This document shows positions 40,101 through 53,772 of a stretch of DNA of 64,000 nucleotides, in pieces. Position numbers and translations under genes: made by a program. The DNA comes from Antedon mediterranea. Lineage: Eukaryota > Animalia > Echinodermata. The stretch's first letter is position 1, and every line of letters begins with the position of its first letter. The stretch lies in contig NC_092672.1 of assembly GCF_964355755.1 (NCBI RefSeq), positions 37,950,437 to 38,014,436 of the forward strand. Reading direction: 5' to 3'. The notes under the pieces were generated by a model, which searched no databases, was not told where the DNA came from, and was given only the letters and a program-made list of their open reading frames with translations.

Positions 40101-43100
40101 TCCATTCGTTTGTCACCACATACTGTAGAAATGATATGTATTATCACGCTTCATGGTATTATAGGCAATATTGTTCTTATTATCAAAAAGAAATGAAACC
40201 CGTACAGTACGAGTATATTTTATCAAGAATACCCGATTCCCGGTATCGTATACTGTACAAAATATGCACCCGATTCTCGGTACCGTATTCTGTACAAAAT
40301 CTACATCCGATTTTTGGTACCGGATACTGTACAAAATCTACATCCGATTCTCGGTACCGTATTCTGTACAAAATCTACATCCTATTCTTCGGTACCGTAT
40401 TCTGTACAAAATCTACATCCGATTCTCGGTACCGTATACTTTACAAAATCTACAAATATGACATTATCTTCCTGGCATAGACACATTCCAGTATTCATCG
40501 TCACGTACGCGTAGCATGGGAATTCTGTACTCAAAGACGTATGCGTAACGCAGGCTTGACCAATTACAAGCTACTGTCCGAATAATTCATCGCTTGTGAT
40601 TAGTCAAATCGTTTACATTGCGTCGCTAGTGGGAACAGAGCTGGGTGGTTGGGGGGGGGGGGGGTATGTTTTACTGCGTCCAAGTTGAACTCCATCACCT
40701 ATTTTTCAAGTGCGGTTATATAAATATGTACAGTAATTTGCCATCTAATCTCTTTATGTATTGGCATCTTTCCTTCCTTGTAAAACAAACTTACACGACA
40801 TTGTTTAACGTGTCAGTCTTTTATTTGCGTTCAGTTTAATACATTGATCGGTTATAGATCCTACTTCCTAAAGTAAATGACTCTGTTGAAATTACGAGGA
40901 AATTGATACGTTTCTTGTTAGTCAATAAATAAAGTGCAATCGAAATGAAAGATGCCTTACCATTTACTATTGATACAGTAATTTATAGGTGCGCAGTATG
41001 TTGCGCACATGTCATGTTTTCTCAGTGCCGATATGTTGTTTATTGATCGTGTTTTTCATAGTTCAAATTTTATAATTTGTGTTTTTTCATAATTCAAATT
41101 ATAATTTGTTGTTAAAGAATTGTTCCTTAGGAAAACATTGGATATCGTTATTATGGCATGCGTTCTGAAAGAAATGGATGAATAAAGGGGAAAAAAATAA
41201 AAAATTGAGCATTCTGAGTTGATTTAATTTTAAACGAATTATTTCTTTTTAAAGATAAAGGAAATGTAATAGAAAACAATAATTTTATTGGTATATGCTT
41301 TAAATTAAACACGATAAATGTTTTCTATTGAATCTTCATTATCTTCTCTGAGTGTATCAGATGGCAATTGTCGGTAAATTCTTATGAAATTTGAATTAAT
41401 AATCCGAAGGAAAGTAAATTCTCCAAAGACATCAACAACTGCCAATACATATCTTTATTCTGAAAAAACCTAGAAGCTAATTTATATATTAAATTTGATT
41501 AAATATCGCACATGATTTCTCTTCAGTTGATTAATTTTCGCGCGCGATTTATTTTCACGCATGGTTGATTTTCATGCATGATTTCATTATTTACGCTTGA
41601 TTTGTTTACAGCATTAACTCAGTCCCCTGGGTTAGCAGACGATTTTATGATCTGTATGGTCAGGCCTGTCGAAGAGACGTTTTTACGTAACGGACAAATG
41701 TTTGAAGACAGTGGAATGACTATCCAGAAATGTAAAGATTACTGTTATAGAAAAGTAAGTACATTTGGATGAATGTTTTTATTAAAATGTACTTAATGAT
41801 TTCAAAATAATAAATGTGAATACAGTAGGATTAATTAGGCAACTTTTTACCATCTTGTAGTGCTGTATATTCCTAGTGATATGAATAACGGAATAGAAAG
41901 AACTGTATTTAAAACGAATATTGCAGTCCGTATGCAATCGATATTTTATTCGACAATATATGCAGCAGTTTGAGAGCAATTACGGTCGATGTTTTGCAGC
42001 AGCGCACGATTGACGATGACAAAGCAGCAACGGACAGATCAATCAAACTTATGCATTTCCTAACTTTAATATGGCCTGCAGGAGACTTTAATTAGCTGCT
42101 GCTGCAGCTCTCTGCCAAACAACTGGTGAAGTATACGTACACCAGAGTAGTTGGACATAATAATGTTGTTATAGACGATGATTTGTCATTGAAGCTGTGG
42201 ACATCCACGTGCGCGCGCGCGTATAAAAACGCACCAAGTTGCGCACCGCCGCGCGAATAAAACCCTCTGTCTACACATAGTCAATTACTTTCTATTGACT
42301 ATGGTCTACACTATCAAACTAGTTTGAAAAAACACAGTATGATGTGCCCAAATATGGTGTGATGTGCTTTAATATGGTATTGATATGACATCATCATGTT
42401 CATATATGGGCACATCACATTTGTTGTCCCATAAAGTTTGATAGTGTAAACAGGGCTTTAGTCGATCAATAAAGGCCTAGCGAGTATACGATATCGACAC
42501 TGTTTCACATTATTCTCACTGCATTGGCCTTCTCATAATATTCAGAATAATAAATGATGAATTATTAATTATATAGCAGTAATAAATATGGTAATTAATA
42601 ACCATAAAAATAGTTAATTATAAATATAACAGGTTATTAATAAAAATTGAATAAATGATATATGCACATATGCCTACTATTTATTTGTTGAAATAATAAT
42701 TTTTTTTAAATATTTAATTTGCAGGAGTTACCGATTGCAGCACTTGCCCGGGGCAATGAGTGTCACTGTGGACATCTTACTGAGAAGGTAAATCTACGAG
42801 ACGGGAAAGTAGAGACGCGGTTATGTGATACCGCTTGCCCTGGCAAGAGCGATCAATTTTGTGGCGGTCAAGATAAAATATCTATTTATAAAACGTCAAT
42901 AAAAGGTAAGTAAAGACTAGAGCTATATACATACTGTATACATACGCGATACGCGTCGTCGACCGATTGCGCATTCAGTGAAAGACTTTTCATTGGCCAA
43001 TTAACGGTATAGTTGAAAGCAACAACCAATCAAAAGTGGGCCTGCTATGCGCTTCGCATGTACGTGTACACAATACATAATACGGTTTAGCGCAAATTGC

Positions 43101-46100
43101 TTGATTTCGCGAGTAACGTCATTGCACAATGAATGGTGGGAAGAGTTTGGGAGCAAACGTCACCCGACGCGTACATACAAACAAACAATGTTTGCTCCCA
43201 AACCCTTCCCAACATGCGTCGCGCACGCTTTTTGCGATAAACCCTATTATGTAGATTTAAGTGACTCTACTCGTCGACATTATCGTTTGCATGATTTTCA
43301 GTAACCATATTTAATTTTTCTTTCTTCCAAAGATACAAGTTGCGACATCATAGAAATGCGTCCCCCTAACACAATGCCGTTAGTCTCTCTAGCCAGCTTT
43401 CCTGGATCCGGTAACACGTGGGTTCGTTACTTAATAGAACGCGCAACAGGTATATACACTGGTAGCTATTACAACGACGGTGAGCTTAGCAAAAAAGGTT
43501 AGTCTTCTTAAGCTCTATCTACACTACTACACTATCAAACTATGTGACAAACTATGTGACAAAAAATGTGATGTGCCCATGGACATGATGTCATATCACT
43601 ACCGTATTTGGGTGTATCACTGCCATATTAAGGCACAATACACTTTTTCATAGTTTTATACGTGATCGTTTCCTACTGGACAAATAGAGTACATAACAAT
43701 TTTTTAAACATTGTATACGGGGCGCCGTTTGTGTAGTGCTTCTGTCAGAATAGAATGATTTCTATGTCGCATAACTGTATATTATGTTCATATTAAGTAT
43801 CGTCGTGAACGACGCCCCGTAAATTTGATCGGCTTCACAATTGCGTATTCCACAATATGGACACCATCAATTAATTACTCCATGTTCAAACATTTATTCT
43901 GTAGGAATTGGATAGAGATGGGATTTGAGAATTATTGTTCACATTAGCACTATGGAAATGAAACCTCGATAAAAATAATATCAAGTTACATTTGGTCACT
44001 AATTCCAGTATCTCTCCAGAGGGCTCTAACTAAGACATTGTCACACACAATTCAATCTTCTTTTTTCCTTATTTTTAGGATTTTTGGGCGAAAGAGAACA
44101 CTATAAGAAAGGAACCACGGTGGTAATAAAAACTCACAGATTTGACGAAGATCATATACGAGAGTTCGACGCGGGAATTGTTGTTATTCGAAACCCGTAT
44201 GATGCTATGGTGTCAGAACACAACAGAAAATTTGGTGGACATACGGGCCATGCAAATCCAAGTCAATATAAACAGGGCACAGGTAGGTGTAACGTTAAAC
44301 CATCTGACGTAATACCAGCCTAAATTCTGGTGCTCGCTTGTAACGCGTTGTACTTGTACAGAATGTAATTGCGCTTTTGTAACGCGTTATGTTTAATCGT
44401 AATGTGCGGTATGCATTGGCTCTTGTAACGCGTTGTAATACCTTTGTAACGCGTTGTGGGTAATTTATAATGTGCGGTATGCATTCACTCTTGTAACGCG
44501 TTATGTTTAATCCTAATGTGCGGCATGCATTGGCTCTTGTACTAGCAATATTTTTTGCATTTGACGACGTTACAATTGCCACGAAAATTTCTTATTTCGA
44601 GGACGAATGTTATACACAAATGAATACCACTCAATTAAATACAAAAACAGAACGAGTTGTTTCTGCAAAATAAAATGAGAATCATTCTTGATCTAATAAA
44701 CTTGCTCTGTATTAGTATTAATAAACAAACAGATGTTTCAACCTGTTATGTTTAATACGCTTAATAAGTTTAATATTAACTTGTAATCAAATTATACTAC
44801 ACGTATACAATGGTTCGCTGTTAAGAGGATCTTAATCAAATTTATAGTAGCGAGAAAAATCGCGAGAACTATAATATGAAGAAGAAACGGAGATTCAGTT
44901 GGGTAATTAAGACTCCTTTTCAAAGTGCATAGACAACGATATGTTGGTAACAATGTGTGTTCGCACTGTGCAAAAATATTCCCTAGATGCCTAATTAAAA
45001 AAAGGATTATGGATAGTACATCAACGAAATGTATGACCGGTAATTGGTAAAAATACATTATTTCATATTCCATTCCATTCAGACTTTTATTTTGGAATTT
45101 CTGGTCCATAGAAAGTAAAATTAAAAATAAATGATTTAAAAATAAACAAGACTGTACTAATTACTACTACTCATCTCAGGATGGCATTCCACCTGAAGAG
45201 CATATATAAATTGCAATATTAATATTGTAAAATTATATTGTATCCTAGTTAGATAATATAAACCTCAGAAACGGGAGCCCTATTTACAGGTAGACAATCT
45301 AAGGGCCTGTTCAGACATAATACCACAGGGTAAACCTCAGAGTTCCAACAATCTAAGAGCCTTTACAAATAACGCGTAGGTATATTGTATAGATTGTTAT
45401 TGGAATTATAATACTGTGTATTGTCATTGTATGAATATTAAACTGAAACTGGTACCAGGTTGGTGTTAATCAATTCCACGTGGAGTAATTTAAGATTGAA
45501 ATTTAAATTCGAGTAATTTTAGTCATACAACTGCGAACTTACACATTAATAATAAATTCGTGTCATATGGTAAATTGATAACGTTTGCAAATAATAGTAC
45601 AATTTTGCCAATTCCTGATTTACTTGAATCAGAGCCTTAAAACTAGTTGACAACAAACTGTGATGTGCCCAAATATGGTAGTTATATGACGTCCATATGC
45701 GCACATCACATTTTTTGTCACATAAAGGTTGATAAATGTTGAAAGAGCTTTAAACTGTATTGATGTTTTTCTAGAAAGTGCGTATTTTACGAAGTTTTAC
45801 TAAACAACCCCATCTTAATTCAAATATATGATGCACCAACAAACTAGCTTAAATTACATTTCTAATCTACATAATATTAATATTAATCTCGTGCTTTCTT
45901 TTTTTTTTCAGAATGGACAGATTTTGTTTTAGGTAAATCTAGAACATGGACAAACACCGCCCTCAATTGGTTGCTTTATCAGCCCAACGTTCATGTCGTG
46001 CACTACGAACATTTAAAAGCAGATATTTACGGAGAATTGAAAAAGATTGTGCAATTTTTGAAACTGCCAGTAAATGAAAATCGGTTACTATGCGTTGCGA

Positions 46101-46294
46101 GTGACCCGGTGGGTAAATTTAAAAGACCCCCGGCGCCTAAAAATAAACAGCTAGAGTTTGATCCATTTACTGAAGATATGAGAGAGATGGTTAGTTTATA
46201 TATCAAATCTGTTGCCATGGCATTAGAAGCGAGAAATCAAGAACCATTACCAGACCAGTACAATCCAAAATTTACATTCCAAAGCCACGATTAA
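31111..46294 (+). CDS. WSC-domain-containing sulfotransferase (WSCD1/WSCD2-like, sialate O-sulfotransferase family); exons 31111-31474, 36952-37072, 39075-39298, 41612-41754, 42725-42905, 43333-43497, 44079-44282, 45912-46294; 594 aa
   Basis: N-terminal type II anchor ([18 protein letters not shown]). Two WSC domains (LGCYSD...[10 protein letters not shown]...[13 protein letters not shown]...[15 protein letters not shown]; [10 protein letters not shown]...GNECHCG...[15 protein letters not shown]). 5'-PSB motif [17 protein letters not shown], 3'-PB motif [11 protein letters not shown], and VVHYEHLK. All seven introns are GT-AG with consistent phase; total 1785 nt. Confidence 0.92.
31579..31615 (+). 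ncRNA. Degenerate minimal hammerhead-ribozyme motif of the Penelope-like-element type
   Basis: cca-CTGATGA-agaactagtgttgccc-GAA-AGCT-C-tg: conserved cores, palindromic 4-nt stem III and short stem I. Stem II pairs imperfectly. Confidence 0.4.
31671..32378. repeat. 48-bp minisatellite, ~14.7 near-identical copies, in the first coding intron of WSCD
   Basis: Unit ccattgagatccagccactgatac(a/c)cacagcattgtcattttgtatct. It accounts for the three overlapping repetitive ORFs in the track. Confidence 0.95.
34446..34615. mobile_element. MITE family A copy
   Basis: tctgtctacactatcaaac ... gtttgatagtgtagaaagaac; carries a cagta insertion at ~34470. Confidence 0.7.
36709..36836. mobile_element. MITE family A copy
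   Basis: TAA|agctttgtctacactatcaaa ... tttgatagtgtagacagagct|TTA. Confidence 0.75.
37832..37950. repeat. Tandem duplication, ~60-bp unit, 2 copies
   Basis: acaaagaatcacttctcacctggt(c/t)cattcccagagagagaagaaaggg(c)caagtga occurs twice. Confidence 0.75.
39371..39530. mobile_element. MITE family A copy with TAA TSD
   Basis: TAA|agctttgtctacactatcaaact ... agtttgatagtgtagacaaaggt|TAA. Confidence 0.8.
40232..40455. repeat. ~38-bp minisatellite, ~6 copies
   Basis: Unit ~tccgattctcggtaccgtattctgtacaaaatctaca. Confidence 0.85.
42303..42457. mobile_element. MITE family A copy (further partial copies at ~43511-43650, ~45633-45750, ~53499-53612)
   Basis: gtctacactatcaaactagtttg ... aagtttgatagtgtaaacagggct. 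Confidence 0.7.
44335..44545. repeat. Degenerate short tandem repeats built on ttgtaacgcgtt and aatgtgcggtatgcatt
   Basis: tgtaacgcgtt occurs 5 times and taatgtgcgg(t/c)atgcatt 3 times. Confidence 0.6.
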
Positions 46295-48644
46295 GAAATT
46301 CAACTGACTCTATTGAGTCTAACAGTCATTCTGTGCATTATCATTATGTTTCTGAGCATGCGCAAAATGATGTTTTTACTCAATAGAGGCCACGTATAGT
46401 TTAGTTGTGCGTGTAAAACGAAAGGTCGCTTGTGCTGCGTGCGCGCACGAAATCGTCCCGGGGTGATTTAACGCATTTCAAAATACTTTCAGAGAATTTC
46501 TAAAAAGCAAAAAGAAAGATATATTGAACCGCTGTTGTGCTTGTTACCCATCACGTCGCTACCTCTATTAGCAAACTCTATGCATATTCATTAAACATAC
46601 AAGTATAGTTAGTACACAAAAGGCATTTTACTTTGCTTAGTTATTTTCCCGGGTCAGTCTGTTCGTACCCAACAAAGTTAGCGATAACTTTACCCATAGT
46701 ACCCGAATAACTAAGCCTTATTAGGTGGTGGAGTCAATATGGTGGAAGGAACAGCCTGTTTTGTTTGATTTGCTATAGCTCACTAGGTAATGGGGTACAA
46801 TTCATATTGTATATGGTGTTGGGATGGTTAACGGGGTAATTTAATAACCGTATATGAAATAATTATTTAGTATATTGGTTTAATATTTCCGAAAATATTA
46901 TTTATCTGACAATTAAATTATTGCAATTTTTTACATTATGAAATTATCAAAATCTTTTAAAATGTATATACTTATTTTTTTATTTACTTTATATACTTTA
47001 TTCTTTACAAGAATATAAATATATCTGTTGTTTTTTAGTTTAATATCGACATTTCTTTTTATAGGATTGTTAATTACCGCAATTCATTATTGCTGTGTAT
47101 TATTTCAGAATGTAATGGTCTTTCAGATGTCAATTGAACTCAGTTTTAAATCAGTACGCATAATACTGCTATAATAATTATAGGCTTAATGTAAGTTTTA
47201 GTGACACTTTTAGTGACACTTATTCTCAATTAAATACAGGACCACAAACTTTGATACAGCTTTTATACGCGCGCGTCGTGTTAAATGATGTTGGTGATAT
47301 GACATTTTCATCGCGTTCAATTGTTGATAGGATATTTTTTACGCGCGCGTCTCATTCAATAGTTGTACGCGCGCGTAACCTTTTTGTCGATAATAATTTC
47401 TGGTAATAAATAGACTAATGTACTTCCGAGTTGTGTCATGCAAAAGTAAATAATAACAATGTAAACTTCTGTTCGTATAAAACTGTAATTTAGAATATTT
47501 AAGATATATTTTGTAAAGATTAGTTAATTATTTCAAGACGAACGTTCATGTTATATTGATAAGTATTATACGATATGTATGTACATTAATTAATCCATGT
47601 TTAAAATGACATAAGATACCTGAGTGCCTAAACAAGTGTACAAACGCTGTCTGTCTGTCTGTCTGTCTTAGGAGCTTTAAAACGAATCGTTATGGTTCAA
47701 GGTGTGCATTGTTTTCATTTCTCTACAGAATTTTGTTTCGTTCACCTCATAAGTTAATTATTTTATTTTACTCAATATAACATTTTGATTACACGATCAC
47801 ATTATTTAATAAACTAAATTTGACAATACCGAATTGAAGTAAATCCAAACAATAAATATATATTGAGTGTTTTAAATAATATCAGGTACACTATCATGCT
47901 TTCAATGGATACATTATCCTAAAAACATTCTTTTTTTCGTCTTTCTCCATTTTCTTTCATTCCAATGTTGGGTTTCCTATCCTTGTGTGTTATTCCAGTA
48001 CCGTCGTACATTATTGCCACTCTGCTTTTTTTATCAACGTAATAATACAGTATTCATGATTTGTATTTATTAATAATTTATTAATGTAATTTTGAAAAGT
48101 AATACCTTGATAATTCATTTGTTAAAACAGATGTTTCGTTTAATTTGTGCAATATATGATGCCTCTATAATGTAACACTTAATTTCATTAATTGAAAACA
48201 TTTTGATTTTTAAAGAGGGCATTAATAAAAGATAATTCTGTGTCTACCGCGCATGCTCAAAGTATAATATTTAAATAACCGGACAAAATAATGTTCACTT
48301 ATTTTAGTTAATTTATATTTTGGACATGCGCAGTAGAATTTTAAATGTTTGCTTGTTTTTGTTTTAATCTTTGGGATTCTTTGTAAAGCAATTTTGAGAA
48401 AGGTTCTATTTTCAGTACTAATTGTAAATATAGGCAGGTGGTGATGAATAAATATGTATACGCGATTACTAATTTATAGTCTAAAAATGTGTCATTATTT
48501 TTATTTGTTGAATTTAAAGTCTTACTCCACTCTCTAATCACAAAATGAGACTTATTTTATATAATTAAACTATCCTGTAATAACTTGCTATTGGATGTGT
48601 ATGGAATAAAATAAAATATTCTTGCATAAGGCAAATTTACACAG

Positions 48645-48935
48645 ACGAGCGGTAACGGTGATAACAATGTAGAATCTATGTTATATGACCATATACACAC
48701 AACGTGCAGAGAGGACGGCCGGTTTTCTCTCAGGATAGATGCAGATTCTACGTGGGACAAGCTACGCGGTTTTTCGCTGTTACCGCTTGTCTGTATTGCC
48801 TTGATCGCATTCACTGAACAAAATAATCGAGACTATATGGTGCGCCATACACCTTCCTCAGAGATATGGCGTGCGAATATTTCACAGCAGCTACCTGTGA
48901 GAGATTTTATGGAAAAACCAAATCTTGATGAGAAT
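48645..48935 (+). other. Orphan putative coding exon (291 nt, phase 0-0), product unknown
   Basis: tttacacag| acceptor and |gtaagt donor; 97 open codons TSGNGDNNVESMLYDHIHTTCREDGRFSLRIDADSTWDKLRGF...EKPNLDEN; GC content higher than the flanks. Confidence 0.4.
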
Positions 48936-49526
48936 GTAAGTTTATATATATATATATATATATTGCTAAGGCCCACCATTAAGTAAGGGCTTACAGAAGC
49001 TAAGATGTAGAGTCAAATTCCCTGATATGTATCGTAAAAATGATTCGTATTTTGTATTTGGTAGAATGAAGAAATCACCATCACAAATGCTGCCCCCATC
49101 ATCATTTACATACATGTGTCACGCGGTATTCTAAACATTCCTGATAAATAAAAACTGATGCAATAGTTGGCGTGGCGATAGTTCAACCGTTTAACAACTG
49201 TACACAAAGTATTTCGATAGATATTAAAATTTTGTGACTTTTCTTAATTATCTACTTTACCATAATCAAAATAATTTCTTGAAAACTACTTGACACCTAA
49301 TCATTAAATACACAATGTACACACCTAATCGTTTTCTTTTACCGCTGTACATATACGTCCTAAAATCCCATGGTTTGATTATAGGATTCCATAGAATTAT
49401 ATGAATTATATTATAGAATTGACTTGAAAATGTACCGTTGTCCGTGATTTGTGTCGCGTCACCCCTACGCGCGTCATGTCCGCGCGTCATGGCCAATTCA
49501 TCCTAATCTGTGTTTTTGTCGCAAAG

Positions 49527-49760
49527 GGCACTCTTGTAGTAGTTTGTTTTTCTGGCAAATGGGCACATAATGATCTTATCTGATAGCTAGCTGACCATCT
49601 ATTTACCTATCAAGAGTAAATAGGCCTACTGTTGCTGTATAAAGGCTCTCTTGTAGTATTTTGTTTTGCCCCGTCCAAATGGCTAAATAATGATCTTATC
49701 TGATAGCTGGCTGATAGCCCTTTACCCATCAAGAGTAAATAGGCCTACTGTTGCTGTATA
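49527..49760. repeat. Tandem duplication, ~119-bp unit, 2 copies (repeated at ~58488-58720)
   Basis: ctcttgtagta...ataatgatcttatctgatagct...tcaagagtaaataggcctactgttgctgtata occurs twice. Confidence 0.75.
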
Positions 49761-50474
49761 TAGGTTACAATCTGTTTGCACAGGAAATGCCAGAAGTTAC
49801 TATATACATAATGTGTGTGCATTTGTGTTGTATTTATATAAAAGGGTATCGCATTGAAATATAGAAAAACCCCATTTTCTATATGAAGTGGGCCTATGCA
49901 AACATTTTTATTGGAAGTCGACTTTACCGGTCTAAATTTCGCAATAACTTCCATCCATTCGGGCACTGAATATCATACGTACGTGACTGAATACTGCTTC
50001 TTAAAGTTGTCTCAGATCAGGACTGAATTTTATTTCTTAAGTTTATCTCAGGAGAACCTACGAATATTGTACCGTTGGTCACTTGTTCCAATCCGCTAAA
50101 CCTTGTCCAGGAATTGACTGAGGAAGCACGTACATCCTAATGTTCCACACAACTAGGTCGAAGTCGCATTGACCTCCCCCCCCCCGCCCCCTCCTATGAT
50201 AATGAGTTCTATCCTGAAGAAAATGATGCTGAAATGTTCTTCTTTGGATTTGCCTTGATTCCAGCTTTATATTACGGGGACGAATGTTTAATTAACAATA
50301 TCTTGTTAAACGTTTTAGAATAACACTAAGGTCTTTTATAATATTAAATCTACATTTTTAAAAAGCAAAGAAGTGTCCATATGCATTTAATATGTTTTCA
50401 TTATAATACATATATGGGTAGGATATTGGTCTGAGTTTGTGAAACTGAGCATATAATAGAAGAATAGAAGAAGT

Positions 50475-53233
50475 TACAATCATACTCGTAATCAACTTAT
50501 ATACAGTCATACTCGTAATCAACTTATATACAGTCATACTCGTAATCAACTTATATACAGTCATACTCCAAATCAACTTATATACAGTCATACTCGTAAT
50601 CAACTTATATACAGTCATACTCGTAATCAACTTATATACAGTCATACTCCAAATCAACTTATATACAGTCATACTCGTAATCAACTTATATACAGTCATA
50701 CTCGTAATCAACTTATATACAGTCATACTCCAAATCAACTTATATACAGTCATACTCGTAATCAACTTATATACAGTCATACTCGTAATCAACTTATATA
50801 CAGTCATACTCCAAATCAACTTATATACAGTCATACTCGTAATCAACTTATATACAGTCATACTCGTAATCAACTTATATACAGTCATACTCCAAATCAA
50901 CTTATATACAGTCATACTCGTAATCAACTCATATACAGTCATACTCGTAATCAACTTATATACAGTCATACTCCAAATCAACTTATATACAGTCATACTC
51001 CAAATCAACTTATATACAGTCCTCCAAATCAACTTATATACAGTCATACTCGTAATCAACTTATATACAGTCATACTCCAAATCAACTTATATACAGTCA
51101 TACTCCAAATCAACTTATATACAGTCATACTCCAAATCAACTTATATACAGTCATACTCGTAATCAACTTATATACAGTCATACTCGTAATCAACTTATA
51201 TACAGTCATACTCCAAATCAACTTATATACAGTCATACTCGTAATCAACTTATATACAGTCATACTCGTAATCAACTTATATACAGTCATACTCCAAATC
51301 AACTTATATACAGTCATACTCGTAATCAACTTATATACAGTCATACTCCAAATCAACTTATATACAGTCATACTCCAAATCAACTTATATACAGTCATAC
51401 TCCAAATCAACTTATATACAGTCATACTCCAAATCAACTTATATACAGTCATACTCCAAATCAACTTATATACAGTCATACTCCAAATCAACTTATATAC
51501 AGTCATACTACAAATCAACTTATATAGGCCTACAGTCATACTCCAAATCAACCTATATACAGTCATACTCCAAATCAACTTATATACAGTCATACTCGTA
51601 ATCAACTTATATACAGTCATACTCCAAATCAACTTATATACAGTCATACTCGTAATCAACTTATATACAGTCATAATCCAAATCAACTTATATACAGTCA
51701 TACTCGTAATCAACTTATATACAGTCATACTCCAAATCAACTTATATACAGTCATACTCGTAATCAACTTATATACAGTCATACTCGTAATCAACTTATA
51801 TACAGTCATACTCCAAATCAACTTATAGGCCTATACAGTCATACTCCAAATCAACTTATATACAGTCATACTCGTAATCAACTTATATACAGTCATACTC
51901 GTAATCAACTTATATACAGTCATACTCCAAATCAACTTATATACAGTCATACTACAAATCAACTTATATACAGTCATACTCGTAATCAACTGATATACAG
52001 TCATACTACAAATCAACTTATATACAGTCATACTCGTAATCAACTTATATACAGTCATACTCCAAATCAACTTATATACAGTCATACTCGTAATCAACTT
52101 ATATACAGTCATACTCGTAATCAACTTATATACAGTCATACTCGTAATCAACTTATATACAGTCATACTCCAAATCAACTTATATACAGTCATACTCCAA
52201 ATCAACTTATATACAGTCATACTCCAAATCAACTTATATACAGTCATACTCCAAATCAACTTATATACAGTCATACTCCAAATCAACTTATATACAGTCA
52301 TACTCCAAATCAACTTATATACAGTCATACTCGTAATCAACTTATATACAGTCATACTCGTAATCAACTTATATACAGTCATACTCCAAATCAACTTATA
52401 TACAGTCATACTCGTAATCAACTTATATACAGTCATACTCCAAATCAACTTATATACAGTCATACTCCAAATCAACTTATATACAGTCATACTCGTAATC
52501 AACTTATATACAGTCATACTCGCAATCAACTTATATACAGTCATACTCCAAATCAACTTATATACAGTCATACTCGTAATCAACTTATATACAGTCATAC
52601 TCGTAATCAACTTATATACAGTCATACTCGTAATCAACTTATATACAGTCATACTCGTAATCAACTTATATACAGTCATACTCGTAATCAACTTATATAC
52701 AGTCATACTCGTAATCAACTTATATACAGTCATACTCCAAATCAACTTATATACAGTCATACTCCAAATCAACTTATATACAGTCATACTCCAAATCAAC
52801 TTATATACAGTCATACTCGTAATCAACTTATATACAGTCATACTCGTAATCAACTTATATACAGTCATACTCGTAATCAACTTATATACAGTCATACTCC
52901 AAATCAACTTATATACAGTCATACTCCAAATCAACTTATATACAGTCCTACTCCAAATCAACTTATATACAGTCATACTCCAAATCAACTTATATACAGT
53001 CATACTCGTAATCAACTTATATACAGTCATACTCCAAATCAACTTATATACAGTCATACTCCAAATCAACTTATATACAGTCATACTCCAAATCAACTTA
53101 TATACAGTCATACTCCAAATCAACTTATATACAGTCATACTCCAAATCAACTTATATACAGTCATACTCCAAATCAACTTATATACAGTCATACTCGTAA
53201 TCAACTTATATACAGTCATACTACAAATCAACT
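50475..53233. repeat. 27-bp satellite array 1, ~102 copies
   Basis: Unit cagtcatact-NNN-aatcaacttatata; NNN is mostly CGT or CCA, rarely ACA. Confidence 0.97.
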
Positions 53234-53772
53234 TTGAGTGCGTAGGTATATTGTATAGATTGTTATTGGAATCATAATACTGTGTATTGTCATTGTATGA
53301 ATATTAAACTGAAACTGGTACCAGGTTGGTGTTAATCAATTCCGCGTGGAGTAATTTAAGATTGAAATTTAAATTCGAGTAATTTTAGTCATACAACTGC
53401 GAACTTACACATTAATAATAAATTCGTGTCATATGGTAAATTGATAACGTTTGCAAATAATAGTACAATTTTGCCAATTCCTGTTTTACTTGAATCAGAG
53501 CCTTAAAACTAGTTGACAACAAACTGTGATGTGCCCAAATATGGTAGTTATATGACGTCCATATGCGCACATCACATTTTTTGTCACATAAAGGTTGACG
53601 GTTGAAAGAGCTTTATACTGTATTGATGTTTTTCTAGAAAGTGCGTATTTTACGAAGTTTTACTAAACAACCCATCTTAATTCAAATATATGATGCACCA
53701 ACAAACTAGCTTAAATTACATTTCTAATCTACATAATATTAATATTAATCTCGTGCTTTCTTTTTTTTTCAG

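Larger units (their letters stand above)
45374..53233 (+). repeat. Segmental tandem duplication, copy 1 (~7.9 kb)
   Basis: gcgtaggtatattgtatagattg at 45374 recurs at 53240. Colinear near-identity continues through the WSCD last exon, 3' flank and orphan exon into the 27-bp satellite. Confidence 0.95.

Noticed and set aside
40070-40514. Cluster of five short ORFs
   Set aside because: Produced by the ~38-bp minisatellite.
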